Source: Tubulanus polymorphus | Lineage: Eukaryota > Animalia > Nemertea | DNA length: 64,000 bases | NCBI RefSeq assembly: GCF_964204645.1 | Contig: NC_134031.1 | Coordinates: 7,192,001 to 7,256,000 of the forward strand | Reading direction: 5' to 3' | Shown: positions 37,001 to 50,124 of the stretch, piece by piece | Position numbering within the stretch: position 1 is the stretch's first letter | Layout of the letters: the number at the start of each line of letters is the position of its first letter | Translations under genes and position numbers: made by a program | Notes under the pieces: model-generated | Seen by the model: only the letters and a program-made list of their open reading frames with translations | What the model was told of the DNA's origin: nothing | Databases searched by the model: none

Positions 37001-40000
37001 TTTTCATTTGATGGATAAAAAGCAAAAAATCCTTCAAGAGCATTGTCCGTTTAGAAGGGGTTTCTAAGGAATGAAGGAGTTGTAGGGACCATGCTAATGG
37101 TTTATTCGTGTCTTCGTGATACTCACCAGATCTTCGACGAGTTTCTGACAGCAGCTCTTCAGTAAATCGGGAGGCATCGCGGCGAATTGTTTCGTCGGCC
37201 AAACCTTCGTGAAATGTTTCGTAACCCAAACTAAAGCTCGATCCAACACGTCGGTTAAACTGTAAAACGACGCCAGACTCATAGCTTCGATTACTCCGGC
37301 TATACACTCGTTACAAGGCTGCAAAACAATGAAGAAATCCACATCAAACACGGCGTAAATAACGGGACCACAAAAATCTCGATCATCATGACAGTATGGG
37401 GTACCAGCACTCAATAGATGGCGCTGGGGGATTCATAGTGAAAATCAGTTCATTTTCAATGAAATTTGAACTGGATATTTAGGGCCAAAAATTATCAAAC
37501 AAGTCAATGAATAGATATAAGATTCACTTTGTCAAGGAAATTGAAGCGTGAAAAGCGCCACTAGTGAACCTGGCAGAATCCTCGCTTGCCACAGTAGCAT
37601 TGCCAATACCCCATTTATGATGATAATATTTGAATTTTCAATGATGTGGATTATGGGAACTGGATTCATGTACAGCAGACCCCACTTGTCACGGAGGCAA
37701 ATGCATTGGAATATAACAAGCCCTTTTCAAAATCTTTCTACTGAAAATCCACGCAATATGAACAAGAGCAATTTGCACGTCAAACACTATCTAAAATGTT
37801 GATTCAAGGGCGACAATTGAGAAACCAGAATCATGGCATCCAGTAAAATTACAATCCTTCTCCGATTATTATTCTATAACAATTAGCTCTGGACAACTAC
37901 GAACCTTATGAAAGAAATGGCATTTTTTCTTGAGTAATATATATCCGGCTAAATCTTTAAGCCCTTCTATTCCGTACATGTCGGCAACTTGTATAATTTC
38001 AGGCAGACTGCATGACCCTTCGGTGTCAATAATAGCGCCGTACAGAAACTCCAGCGCAAGATAGGCACCGGCCTGACTAACTCTGTAAAAAGATAACAAG
38101 ACTAACTTGACCTCTTCACTACCACAGATAATGTAATGCCCTCGAGAAGATTAGTACCCAATGGCATCATTCTATTCAAATTAATTCAGCCCGACATTCA
38201 AATCTCGCTTGGCCATGTTTTGGTGGGAAGTATATTAATATATTGACAATCGTGGATGAATGGCCTTCTTAATTACCATTAGAATTCATGATTAAAATAC
38301 ATGAAAACTCATTAGATATAAAATAAATGTCAAAATTGACAACTATAATTGAAACGCCCGAATATTCATGAACTATTTTTGTAATTGCTTTTCAGCATCG
38401 AAAAATTTATGCTGTAAGAATTTTTCCATTCAAGTGAAAATCATAGCTGAAGGTTTTAATGTTGGAACTTATGGAAGTTGCTCACCCTTCTAAGGAGATC
38501 TCTTTCTGTATGCTTTCCTTCCATGTTCCGCTGAGCATTGCCTCAAAAAAACTACATCTAGCTGACAAAATAAATCTAAAAAATATATGTGAAAATACAG
38601 TAAAACCTATTTTAGTGAAAGGGTCTATATACATAAACACGTTTTTTCTCCCTAGGAACCAAAAGTTTCTAGTTCACTTCCAATTGAGTGAACCCTCTCT
38701 ACGGTGAGTAGTGAATGTTTGTTCAGGTTCCAAATAAGACATTTTACCTCTCTATAATGAAGATTGCTTACGTACGTATGTCCGGACAGTCAAAAAATTA
38801 TTAATCGATTGAGTTCAATATGAACCAGTTCATAATTACTAATCGCCCAACAACTAATTAATTTAATAGAGGTTTACATTACATAGATTAGTCGAGAGTT
38901 GTGTCGCATCTTGAATATACTGGTAACTTTATTGGATAGAATAAAGTTTTGACAATACAGTGGAACCGTATTTTAACGAGCTTAGATACACAATTTATCG
39001 GATATAACAAATATAGATTTTCGTCCTGAATAAGAAATTCTAATCAATTTCATACTGGATAAAATATATTTTCTGGTTCCGTGAAGTTCGCTGTAACGAG
39101 CTTCCACTGTAATGGGAAAATGTATCTGGTATTGTTGGTAATAAATTGTTGGTACTAATACTAACAGGTTACACCAATATCAGGGGTGAAAATGGTGGTC
39201 TTCAAATTTTCAAAGTCAGATATTTTGGAAAGGGGTCAAAAGCGTGCAGCCAGAATTCCCTATCAATATGCCAATATCAATATGGGTATGTGACTAACTA
39301 GAACCTCATATCTTGACCCTGGATATTGTTTGTTCGGTATACTTGTATTTCTAGCCGATTTCTAACTCACCGATGGGCTTTGTAAACTTGTTCGCCGATG
39401 CGAACGTCGATATCTGCGTTCGATTTATGAAGAAACATCTGCAACAGATCAGCACCGAGTTTCGACGCCGGCTGTCCATGGTCGGGACTACGCGGTGAGC
39501 TGTCCGTTCGGTCGTCGTTTTCCCCGGTAGCGTCGTCGATTTGGTTTATACAGACATTTGTACCGTCGTCGATCGAGTTATCCGAAAATATATCGGAATC
39601 ATTTCGTAATGTCAAATCGATCACTTTAACGTCATTCGAATTATCGCTATCGTCCAGCGCGAGAGGTAGTTTCGATTCGAGCTGTTTTATGCTTTGTGTG
39701 TCGACAATAACCGATGGTCGCGGAGTGCGAAGCAGTAGTTCTTTGGTTTCAGGCGGAATGACTTCGATGTTGTTGAGGTATGGGTCTAACAACTCGCGTG
39801 CAAGGCTTACGTCATCGCATGTGTAAATTTGTCTGAAATGCAATTTTGGCAATAATACTGATGAGGCTTATAAAGTGCAAAATTCAATAGGACTGCTCAG
39901 ATTGCCTTACATATATGCTTCCTTTCGATGGTATCACTACCCCTAGCCTATATCCCTAATAACTCAAATTCTGTAAATTCGACCGCTGATCATACAACTA

Positions 40001-41836
40001 TATCTGTACTTCGATCACTGATTTCAGGATCAAATCCTCTGGTTTCGCTCCCGGCAGGTGCGGTAGGTTTATAAGGGGCACCAAATCAATCAATCAAATA
40101 ATTAGTAAGGTCAATCCCTATATGGAGAAATATCATCCATGCAACTTAACTACTCAGTGCTCATGAGTAATTCATGAGATCAAATTCCCATTTGCTACTG
40201 GGTGGAAAGAGGCTTTCTGAGGATAAGTAGCATGTCCCAGGGGACTACAGTAATGCGCAGTTTGACGCTACAACCTTCCTTTACTTGGAGTCAAATGCCC
40301 TAACCACTACCATCCATTGGTCCTGACTGAATCAAATTAAAGAATCTCAGATGTCAAATGCCTGTCAAATGACTTTTTACCACATTTCGACACGCTTGGT
40401 TGTCAATACAATAGACCAAACAGTATTTAGCAGGGGAGCAACGTGGGGCATTTGCTCCCCCAGAAATTTTGGAAAAGTGCCCTTTTAGCGAATATTATTG
40501 TTATTTCCTTGCCCCCCCCTAAAATTCAAATGCTAGGTACGGCCCTGATTATATTAATAAACCAACCTCAAAATTTCTCTGGCTTCAGAGACTTTGGTTT
40601 CTTCAAGTTTTATGGTATCATCCTCATTCAATAGCGCCAACTCGGGCAATCTAGAATTGAAATAACACATTAAGATTAAGAAGGACTGAGACAAACTACG
40701 CACAAATAAACTGCGTAAACTCAATACTGAACATGGATTATTTACCTCACTTGTAAGATTTGCTGGTGTGCTTTGATCTCGCCATCTTCACATAAGATAG
40801 TCAAATCGGAAAATAAACTCTCGTCCAACAACCTATCAACATAAATTAAGCTTCATTTTCACAATACTGTAGCTTTTCACAATACTATACCTGTAGACTA
40901 TGATAACCTTATGCCTTGGTCAGCTCAGGGCCCAGTTTCACAAGAAGGATTTTATAAACGCTGAAATCGATTTACGATAAATTGAATTACAGGTGAAGTT
41001 CAAGCCTTTTAATGGCAGATTTCTTTTAGGGATATCAATAGTTTCGGTGTGGACACTCGGTAGAGAAAAATATCTCAAGTCAGGCCTAGTGCCTCGTCTC
41101 TCCGATATTGGCAAATGTTAGCTATGCATCTAGGGTGGAGTCCTACCGAGTGTCAAAGTCGGCAATCTCTCGAGTTGTTGCACTGCATAAAACACTATCG
41201 AATGGTTCAATGTTTATTAAGTAAACCTTTGAGTGAAACTAAGCGCTCTAACTGCTATAATACAGAGGCATGAAGGATTATAACCTGGAACAATCTCAGG
41301 GTTGTCTCGTGCTGTCCATGTCACCAATCTCATTTCATGACTTTCAAGGTTGACTTTTTTGACTCCATGACTTATAATCGTCATGCTTAAGCCAGGAATC
41401 CTCAAATCTACATTTTCCAGGCAATTAGTTGATTTTTAGAGCTGTGATAGTGAACTTTGATTTGCAGATGATAACTAATGACTGATGCCATTTAAGGACT
41501 ATGACAATGATTAAAGGATTTTACAGCCCATTCCATGAAACTTACGGCCTTGAATTGACTCATTCCCATTTCTAAACTTTCAAGGACTGCTATGATTGAA
41601 CCTTGCAATCCAAAAGCGGCTCTCAGCAACTCAGAAGCATCCTATTTCCAATCTCGTATGGCAGCCATCCGTGCTTGGTGCAATGGTCTACCCGGTCATG
41701 GGAAGAAGAATAAGACATACCTTTTCAAATCATTTCTCAAACCATTCGCGAGTTTGTGACAAAGTTTCTCTCTTTCTTTCGCACACTTCTCCGTTAAAGT
41801 TAACCCTCCAGGTTTCTTGCCCTCTGGATTCTCCAT
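31097..41836 (-). CDS. BTBD8: BTB/POZ domain-containing protein 8 orthologue, 13 coding exons, ~923 aa
   Basis: Phase-consistent exons (minus strand): 41721-41836 (in-frame TGA just upstream of the ATG), 40746-40832, 40567-40650, 39371-39832, 38486-38575, 37905-38082, 37127-37318, 36485-36667, 34500-34643, 33773-33902, 33354-33424, 33121-33216, 31097-32035. Motifs FSDLTILCEDGEIKAHQQIL, PASKLGADLL, KAHRFILSARCSFFEAMLSGTWKES, ADMYGIEGLK, WVTKHFTKVW, LPLVKW, KCIAFIQQNFS closely resemble vertebrate BTBD8. An acceptor near 41920 implies an unlocated upstream non-coding exon. Confidence 0.9.
33965..34330. mobile_element. Short HINE-like element with sub-terminal inverted repeat
   Basis: ttctcgggct near 33970 pairs with agcccgagaa near 34317. 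Internal caaggtca and ccaagtttcatcaa motifs are of the kind seen in this class. Confidence 0.45.
34735..35990 (+). mobile_element. Full-length HINE/DINE-1-like element with 4 internal ~154-bp tandem units
   Basis: Sub-terminal inverted repeats gcccacttggga / tcccaagtgggc, 3' hairpin tgggactaaagtccca and a GACG microsatellite near the 3' end. Units ttcaacgccccctggt start at ~34808, 34961, 35116 and 35271. Flanks are A-rich with no TSD. Confidence 0.85.
38958..39109. mobile_element. TA-flanked MITE; related copy at ~33559-33730
   Basis: ta|cagtggaa ... ttccactg|ta. Internal sequence is shared, inverted, with 33559-33730. Confidence 0.7.
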
Positions 41837-43332
41837 CTCTCACCGACCAGTACCCTCCAACTGCCTGTCCTCCTGCTGTCTGTCCTCCTACAGTCTGGAT
41901 CGTTTTTGTTAAGTTACATCTGAAATGACATCCATAAATTGAGAACTACCGATAAGTTGCATATGCCGTTTATACGAGGTTTAATTCAGAATAAAAAACC
42001 CAGTTATGAAGAGAAACAAAGAGAGCATTTGTAATGACCGTATGACTGAATTCTTTGAGCCATTTTCGGACTGTTTTCAAATGACCCATAGAAAATCTCG
42101 CTATTATCTTAGTTTTTCTTCATAATTATTTATTGAATCGTAGACAGTCACTTTTCTTTGGACACCAATTTTATGTTCGGTCTCAGTCTGATGTACAGGA
42201 TTCCCTACAACGACCACTTGATATAAGATGACAGACCAGTCATTCCTATATAAGTATTAGTTATTGTAAGTTATATATTCCTATATAAGATATAAGTTTT
42301 CGAGGAGAAAATTTCAAATTTCGAGGAAACATCTACACCACTTTCATATTCTTATTACTGTTGACCCTTCCTAAATCGACGAAGCATATCTCGATACAAA
42401 CCTTTAATTGAGTGGTTTCATAAGCAAATTTTTATCCTTGACACTACACTCTACTGCTCGGTTTCTAATTCAGAAGCTGCCGATTAGGGTAACAATAAGA
42501 TCCTGGTTCCAACTGTACTGGTTTAGTCGTAATGTGCAACTTTTAAAGTATCTGATTGTCTAAAGTACCTGATTTCGAGCTCCTTCAAGCACCTTCGGTT
42601 TCCATTTAGTTTTTAATGAATCAAGTAGTCGTAGGGACCCCTTAAGTACTTACTCACTACAAGCGTTTAGACTACAGTACAACTACATGTATTTGAAAGT
42701 TTTTTCTTCATGAGGCCTAGGACTATATCGTTTTACCCTCAATAAAAAAGTAAACACTGAAATTATTGTAGCAGTTAATTTCAGGTTAAGATTGGATTAA
42801 TTGCCATGATAGAAATTAACTGTTACTGTCAGTAATCAGGCTTTTTTTGTAGAACACTATTTGGAGCATTGCCAATAGATACCCCATTACGAGCAGGCCT
42901 GGATAATGATCCACAACACAAAGACGGCTTGTTGATCGACTATATGAAAATAATGTACAAGAAAAAACAGCATGATTCAGCATGAAAAATCAAGCTGCAC
43001 AGCATAATGTTCAATCTCACCAGATAAATGTATAAACACTATGAGTCAGGAAAACAAACTAAACAACCGTATAGCAAAATTAGAAAGTGCAGAACAGCCA
43101 ATATAGAATAAAACTGGATATGTTTTTTGAGGCAATGTACCTACACCAGACTTGCATATCGACGATCAGATTGGCCGAATATTTTTGTGCATCGGTCTTA
43201 ACTAAAAACATAGGCCTATAGAGATAATACTGATGGGAGCAATTCAAAATTTCAAAAAAGATTAGGCTAAAATAAAATGATACCGGTTCCTTAGTTCTCC
43301 CATGAGGCGGGTCACTATTGTGAACTGCAATA

Positions 43333-45657
43333 CAATTTGTAAGCAGTTCATTTCTATAGCTGCCGGATATGTTATGGTTAGTTAGTTACCCAATTCTCCA
43401 GCATTACGTCATAATGCTCGGGATTCCATGAGAAGAGATCACTTCCGGAGTCACTGAGGTCCAACTTCCTTGTGGGTGACGGACGTATTTTGAGAGTGCT
43501 CTCATCAAAATTTTTTTTTTTCGTTCGTTATCGGTGGTCATCTACTGTTGTAAGGTGAAACATTTTATATGTTTATATTTATTTACTTTTTCTTTACCTA
43601 CTGTTGTAAGGTATTTTGAATTTGAATGTTTATGCCATGGCGGCTTATAATAAATTAGATTTACTGGACATTGGGTCTGAAATTACGGTCGCCAATGAGG
43701 ATGAGTCAGTTTGTTCGGCTGGTCTTGTGGCTGACGAAATGTCAGTTCAACAGGCTATTGATGAAGGACGGAGTCAGTCTTTTCTCCTTCTGTCCGATTG
43801 TTATGGGTCTTCGATTAAGAAGAACTCTCAGTCTGTAGCCGTAGGCCATAGTGTTGATAAAAAAGATAAGGACAAAGCCGTTAGACCGAAAGCAATTCCA
43901 AAAATTTCTCGTCGAATTGTTAGGTCAAAGAGCTCAGGTTCAGCTCAACCAGAGACTTTATCTGAAAGTCATGTCGATCCTGTCATGACAGAGTTTTTAG
44001 AGATGAAGAAAAGACTTGAGGCTTTAGAGTCTCAATATTTGCAAAGTGATAATGATCGGTTCGATCTTGGTCAGCAGGATCAATGTGATTTTGGTGATGA
44101 GCTTAATGCGTCTGACCAATTTGCGGCTATTTTTAACCAGGGTTTAGACCGTAATAATAATAACGTCCAGTTACATGAGGACAATGATTTTATGACCTGT
44201 ATTAGGTCAGAGATGGGGGTCTAAAAAATGTCAGACCCCCAATTAAAAATCAACAGTTAGCGCAAGCTGTTGATAAACTGATGACGGGGTTTAGTGGTGA
44301 AAATTCAGATATTAAAAAGGATTTATTTGAAAAATTAGAGAAATCCGTTAGGCAGTATGCTTGTCCTGAGAATATTCCTAGTTTGGCCGTAACTAAAGTG
44401 AATCAGCCAATTTGGTCGAAGTTAAATAAAGATTCGGCTGCTTTTGATTTAAAATGTCAAAAAATTCAGAATTATAACCTTAGAGGTATAACTGCAGTCA
44501 CACAAGCTATGGATCTTTTATCGGGTCCGGACCCTTTGGACAAAAAGACGTTAGGTATGACGTTGTATCACTCTTTGAGTCTTTTTGCGCAAAGCAATTA
44601 TGAGATGAATTTGAGACGTCGGGAACTATTGAAGCGTGGGTTCAACGACGTTTATAAGCCAATCTGGCTCCCCTCAAATCCGATTGGGAAAGAACTTTTC
44701 GGGGATCAACTTGATGACAAGTTACGAGACATAGAAAGGTCAAGTCGTATGGTTACGAAGATGGTAGATCGAGGTCGTGGGAACTATCGATCTAGAGGTT
44801 ATGGGAACAGGAGATTCCAGCCATATAGAAGGCCTGCTTGTTCTAATTTCCCAAAACAGGATTTTTGGAAAAGAGGTCAACATCAGAGGAAATAGTAAGT
44901 TCCCAATTATCTTCTGTTGCTGGCCGAATTAAACATTTTTTCTCTTTCTGGGAGACTTTAACTTCTGACAAATCAATTTTGAATTTGGTTTTGGGTTATA
45001 ACATTGAATGGAATTCGGTGCCTCCTGATCAAATTTTTCCACCGCGTTCTATTAGATTTAATGAAGTTGAAACTTCTGCTATTGACTCACTATTATCAGA
45101 TTTTTTGAGTCGTGGAATTATTGAACTGGCTTTTCGTCGTTCCGAAAAAAGATGGATCATTCAGACTTATTTTGAATTTGACTTGTTTAAACAAGCATGT
45201 CAAGTATTATCATTTTAAAATGAACTCTTTGAAATCAGTTCTTAGTCTTATGACTCCTGGTTGTTTCATGGCCTCTCTAGATTTGAAAGATGCCTATTAT
45301 TCTGCTTGTAGTGATCGGAAATATCTTCGATTTATTTGGAAGGGTCAACTTTTTCAGTATACCTGTCTTCCGAATGGAATTTCATCGGCTCCAAGAATTT
45401 TCACCAAGCTTCTGAAACCTGTTTTTACTCCTCTCCGAGAATTGGGGTATATTTCTGTAGATTATATTGATGATATTTATCTGCAAGGAGATGACGAGCC
45501 TTGTTGCGATGATAATGTAGGCCTTACAGAAAAACAATTGGTTAATTGTGGTTATGTTATACATTCGGTTAAATCGGAAAAGAAACCTAGTACTCAATTT
45601 GTAAGCAGTTCATTTCTATAGCTGCCGGATATGTTATGGTTAGTTAGTTACCCAATT
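43333..45657 (+). mobile_element. Truncated DIRS-group (tyrosine-recombinase) retrotransposon: gag-like ORF plus 5' part of RT, bracketed by a 63-bp direct repeat
   Basis: gag-like ORF at 43616-44895 (frameshift near 44224; PENIPSLAVTKVNQPIW, NLRRRELLK, ELFGDQL). Overlapping RT begins VAGRIKHFFSFWETLTSDKSIL, then FVVPKKDGSFRLILNL, LDLKDAYY, LPNGISSAPRIFTK, YIDD. RNase H and YR are absent. Confidence 0.88.
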
Positions 45658-46929
45658 ATTGGTGGTAAGCTTTTATAATCGCATGGATTTATTCTGGCAA
45701 CTATACAAACTGTGGGTTTGTGAAAATATGCGATTGTGAAACTAAACCACAGACAGGTTACTACTGACTGTGGTTAGCTATGACTATGGACAGGTTACTG
45801 GTTATGGTTAGCGTGATGATTTTCTAAACAATATTGTAAAGTGTAGATACGCAGGTGACCGGCCTTGTCAACTTTTAAGCACAACAGAAATGAGAAACTG
45901 GGTACCAGGTATCATTTTTAGCACTTAGAGCTATATAATGTGGACATGTGAATAGTGCCCATGTTAGCAAGAAGAATAAAAAGAATTGCCAGTGGGCAGT
46001 CAGCTAGTCATAGGTCAACTTAATTTTCAACAGTTGTATATGAATAGTCAATTCATGCTGTCCTGGGAACGCCTGTCAAAAACTTGATTTTGACTAACAA
46101 GTGGTTGCAGATAAGTAAATATCTTTGCTAGCAAACACCCTAGCCCAAATATTATGCCTGCCCCTCAGAAATTAACCAAGCCAATGATTAACTTATTACA
46201 TTATACATCGGACTCGACAGTCTTTTTAATAGGACAGCCTATCTATCTTAATAAATTGAATATTAACACAGGGGTCAGATGCAAAACGTTTTTTTACCCC
46301 AGAGTATCCTAGGTACTAAATAAAAAATTGGTTTTTCAATTTTTTTCACTTCTTAGAATACTGGGGTAAAAACTTTTTGCGTCAGGCCCCGTGGTGTATA
46401 TTGGAAAATTGGATTGAAATATGAAAGCCAGAAGATTAAAAACAACGAATTCCAACAAAAAATATGACAACCCCATATAACCTATTGTCTCCCTTTCTTT
46501 GGGTAAGGGAGCATCACAAAATTTCTATAGTTCCGTCAATTAGAATAACTGTCTAATTGGTTTTAACCCCACACCCCCCTTTGATTAGACATGTGCCGAA
46601 GTTGGAACTATTGATTTTCTAATGATATACCACAGACAAAGAAAAGACATCTCACGAATATATTTCGATCACAACTTTTAATCGTAAAAATTAAATTGCA
46701 AAATTACAAGTGGAAAACCTATCAAACTCTAATAGATTTTATAACCAAAGTCAAATATATCTAAAATACCAATAGCATCTAAAAGAGAGATGGTTAAATC
46801 AACTGCGTGTAATATATTTGAAACTGCAAATCAATTCAAAGTTATCTTGCACCATAATAAATCCATAGTTTGGCAGTCATGATGAACCCGCAGGAGGCCT
46901 TAAACCCCCCCACCCCCTTCCGCGAAGGT

Positions 46930-47483
46930 CCGCAACGGTCATAATGGACCGTGAGGACTATATCCTCGAGGCCCGAACCCAGCTCAATAACCCGACTTAC
47001 TACAGGAAACTAGACGCGCCTATTTATCGCGAAACGAGACAAACAATTCACAACACAGTTGACGACATGAGAAGACGTAATGTAGTCACCCGTAAAACCG
47101 CAGACTTCCTTAAATACCCACCCGTACCCCGAAAGAGACTTTTTTACTTACTGCCAAAAATCCATAAAAATCCATAAAAATGGACTGTCCCGTACGAAAT
47201 CCCACCGGGCCGACCGATCGTGTCAGATTGTAGCAGTGAGTCATATCACGTAGCCGCCTGGATCGACCATTATTTACAACCTCTAGCCTCCAATCACCAC
47301 TCGTACCTTAAAGACACGACTCACTTTCTCGAGACCATTCAGCAGCAAACTCTAAGCCCAGACTCCCTCCTAGTTACTCTTGACATTAGCTCACTGTACA
47401 CCAACATTGGCCACGATGACGGACTCCGAGCAATACGCAACGCGTTCATAAGACACCCGGACCCGGACAGACCCGACAAATGA
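46930..47483 (+). pseudogene. Penelope-like element (Neptune-type) reverse transcriptase fragment
   Basis: VIMDREDY, FYLLPKIHK, PPGRPIVSDC, SYLKDTTHFL, LVTLDISSLYTNI, with an in-frame stop at 47175-47177. Confidence 0.88.
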
Positions 47484-49092
47484 ACTCGATTCAATACACC
47501 TTCCATGCAATAATTTGGATAAGCCAGGACGCTCATAAAATACACATGGATCTGCTTTATATATGATAACAATTACAGAGGTTTGCATCGAGCAGTGCCC
47601 CCCCCCCTTATGCCGCCTACATCAGTGCAAAATGATTTTGGCAGTATAGAGAGTATGGCGGTATATCGGGGGTGTTTTAATATGTATTTGTATAGAGATG
47701 TACAATGTGAAGACCTGGTGGTAGGCGGGGAGGCATTAAATGGGATGGCGGTATATCGGGAGTTGACTGTACAATGAATTCAGAGTCCTTTAACAATAAA
47801 TCGTATAGATTATGTTGCTTATCATGGATGTATTTCAATGATTTAAGTGTCGAGCACAATGAGGCCAATACCGAAAACAAATTCAGCGAAAATGACTCCA
47901 CCAATGATGAATAGGCCCAAGCCGAAAATTATTCCACCAAGGAAGAATGAACCAAAAATGATTCCACCCGTAATGAATGAACCAAAAATTCCGCCCCTGG
48001 AGATCAATAAACGAAAGTCATCTAGTACCATTACATGCACGACCACTGAATGTTCTGGTGACGACTTCCTTCGAGCTGCTTCACTTTGAAGAGACTATCG
48101 GTAAGCTGTGACTAGATTTGTATATTAATTCATTGAAGAGATTTCTCTTGTAGAACCTTTTAGATAGTGACATGATATGCCTGTATTACTGATTCGGCAA
48201 AAACCGTATTTTGGTTAAAGAACTTTTTCTGAAATTCACGGGTGTAAACATCCACCATTTTGACCGAATAATCCGATTTAATTATCATTTCTATTTCTGC
48301 CCGCCGATTCTGATATAGTTATACATCCCTTACTATTACAATACGTCTTCTCATGATATTCAATGCAATATATCATTTCGACGTTCAAATAGTGCTCATT
48401 ATATAATCACAGGAAGCCATTCTACATCTTTGTCAATAATATTTTGCCAAGTAGCTTGTATGTGTACACATAGACCTGTGACGTTTTGCACATCGATTTA
48501 CAGTTGTCGTTTGTAAAATGACGCTGAATGTTTAACATTGTTTAGGTTTCATAATGGTAACGTTTTATAAGATGTCAAAAAATGTTTCATTTACAAGGTG
48601 ATCTTAAGTCGTCACTTTTTCATGAATTGGCTTCCCCCTGGTGGCCACATAGAAAATCATGAGACCTTGAAACTTTGCACAGGGGCTAAGCATTACACCA
48701 ATTACATATCTGCAACACATTTTCATTATCAAATCTGCTTCATTTAGAAGTCTATCCGACATCATCTATTCCATGTATTAAGCATCCATGAAAACAAATA
48801 TGACTGCCAGTCGGCCATCTTGGATCCAATTACAAAATAAAATGTACACGCACAACTACATATCCAGTCAAACAAATGTATAAATCTACAAGGAGAGAGC
48901 CAGTAGTTAAGGAGTAGATCTCCGGACAAGATTGTGTCCACAAATGGACAACCTGACCCCAGTATACCACCCCTACACTTCATTGAGGGGTGTATAATGA
49001 AGTGAAATAAATTCATACGTGTTATGAAATACTCAATAATGTGTCGTTTAGGGGCACAATATTAGTAATTCTTACTCTCCTTTTGATTTTAG

Positions 49093-49526
49093 GCTCACAA
49101 AACACAACTTAGTGAGAACCAGCATGACAAGTAATCCTGCAGCTTGCGTCTAGGGATTACTCGAAGAATTTACCAGCTGGATGGAGGAAAGCGCTTCCAG
49201 AATACAATCAAGAGTGGATTGCAAATGCTCTTTTTCATGAAGAAAAGTCGCCAATGGATCCGAGTAAAGACATGCAGCTGTGGTGGTACTCGCAGCAACC
49301 AATGCCGTCAGCCACCAAGTTGCCTACCATGAAGCATTATTTTGGACATTGTTCATTCCGATGGATGCCTTGGCGTCTCTGGCGTGTGAAATTAGTCTGC
49401 CCATACAAAAGTTGTCCAGGAAGACATAGAGAGTTGATGGCTGCAGGAATATAACAGAAAATACGTCGAGTCTTGGATATAGACATGTTTTACTTAATTG
49501 CTTCTGAGAACTTGGAATGCTTCTGG
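49093..49526 (+). pseudogene. Dada-like DDE transposase N-terminal exon (decayed); duplicate at ~53337-53718
   Basis: LPAGWRKALPEYNQ.WIANALF, LWWY, YFGH..F.WMP.RLW.V.L.CP, RRVLDID. Bounded by AG/GT splice sites. Family assignment is from remembered motifs. Confidence 0.55.
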
Positions 49527-49539
49527 TATGTTTCCTTCC

Positions 49540-50120
49540 TTAATAACCAAAAATAGAGGGTTACTATCAACAGGGCCTCGTCGGACTGGGAAACTGTCAC
49601 CAGTGGTGTACCCCAAGGAAGTGTACTCAGCCCTACCTTATTCTTAATACATATATCAATGATTTACCAGAAAGTTTTACCTCCGATATGCTGATGTTTG
49701 CTGATGACTCAAGATTGTACAGGGGAATGAAAAACCATTACGATCATGACATTTTCCAGGAAGACATTAACATAACAACTGAATGGTCCGAGACTTGGCT
49801 AATGCCTTTCAACAACTCCAATTGAAAAACCTTACATCTCGGCAGCAAAAACATCAAACAACAGTAAGATGAGAAAATTAAACTTTGACAGTCACATCCA
49901 AAACTGTGTGAATAAAGCCAGATCTATGACTGGACTCATAAAAAAAACCATTCATTATAACCACTATCTTCATATTACCTATCCAAATCATTATTAGACC
50001 TCACGTTGAGTACACTTCAGTTGTTAGGAACCCTTCAACTATTAAAAACATCAAAATTTTGGAATCAGTACAAAGAAAAGCACCAAAATGGTCCCTGAAC
50101 TAAAAGACGTACAGAGAGCA
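49540..50120 (+). pseudogene. CR1-type LINE RT fragment; duplicate at ~53735-54125
   Basis: VTSGVPQGSVL.PTLFLI, MFADDSRLY, RPHVEY, LESVQRKA. Frameshifted. Confidence 0.85.
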
Positions 50121-50124
50121 TCTT

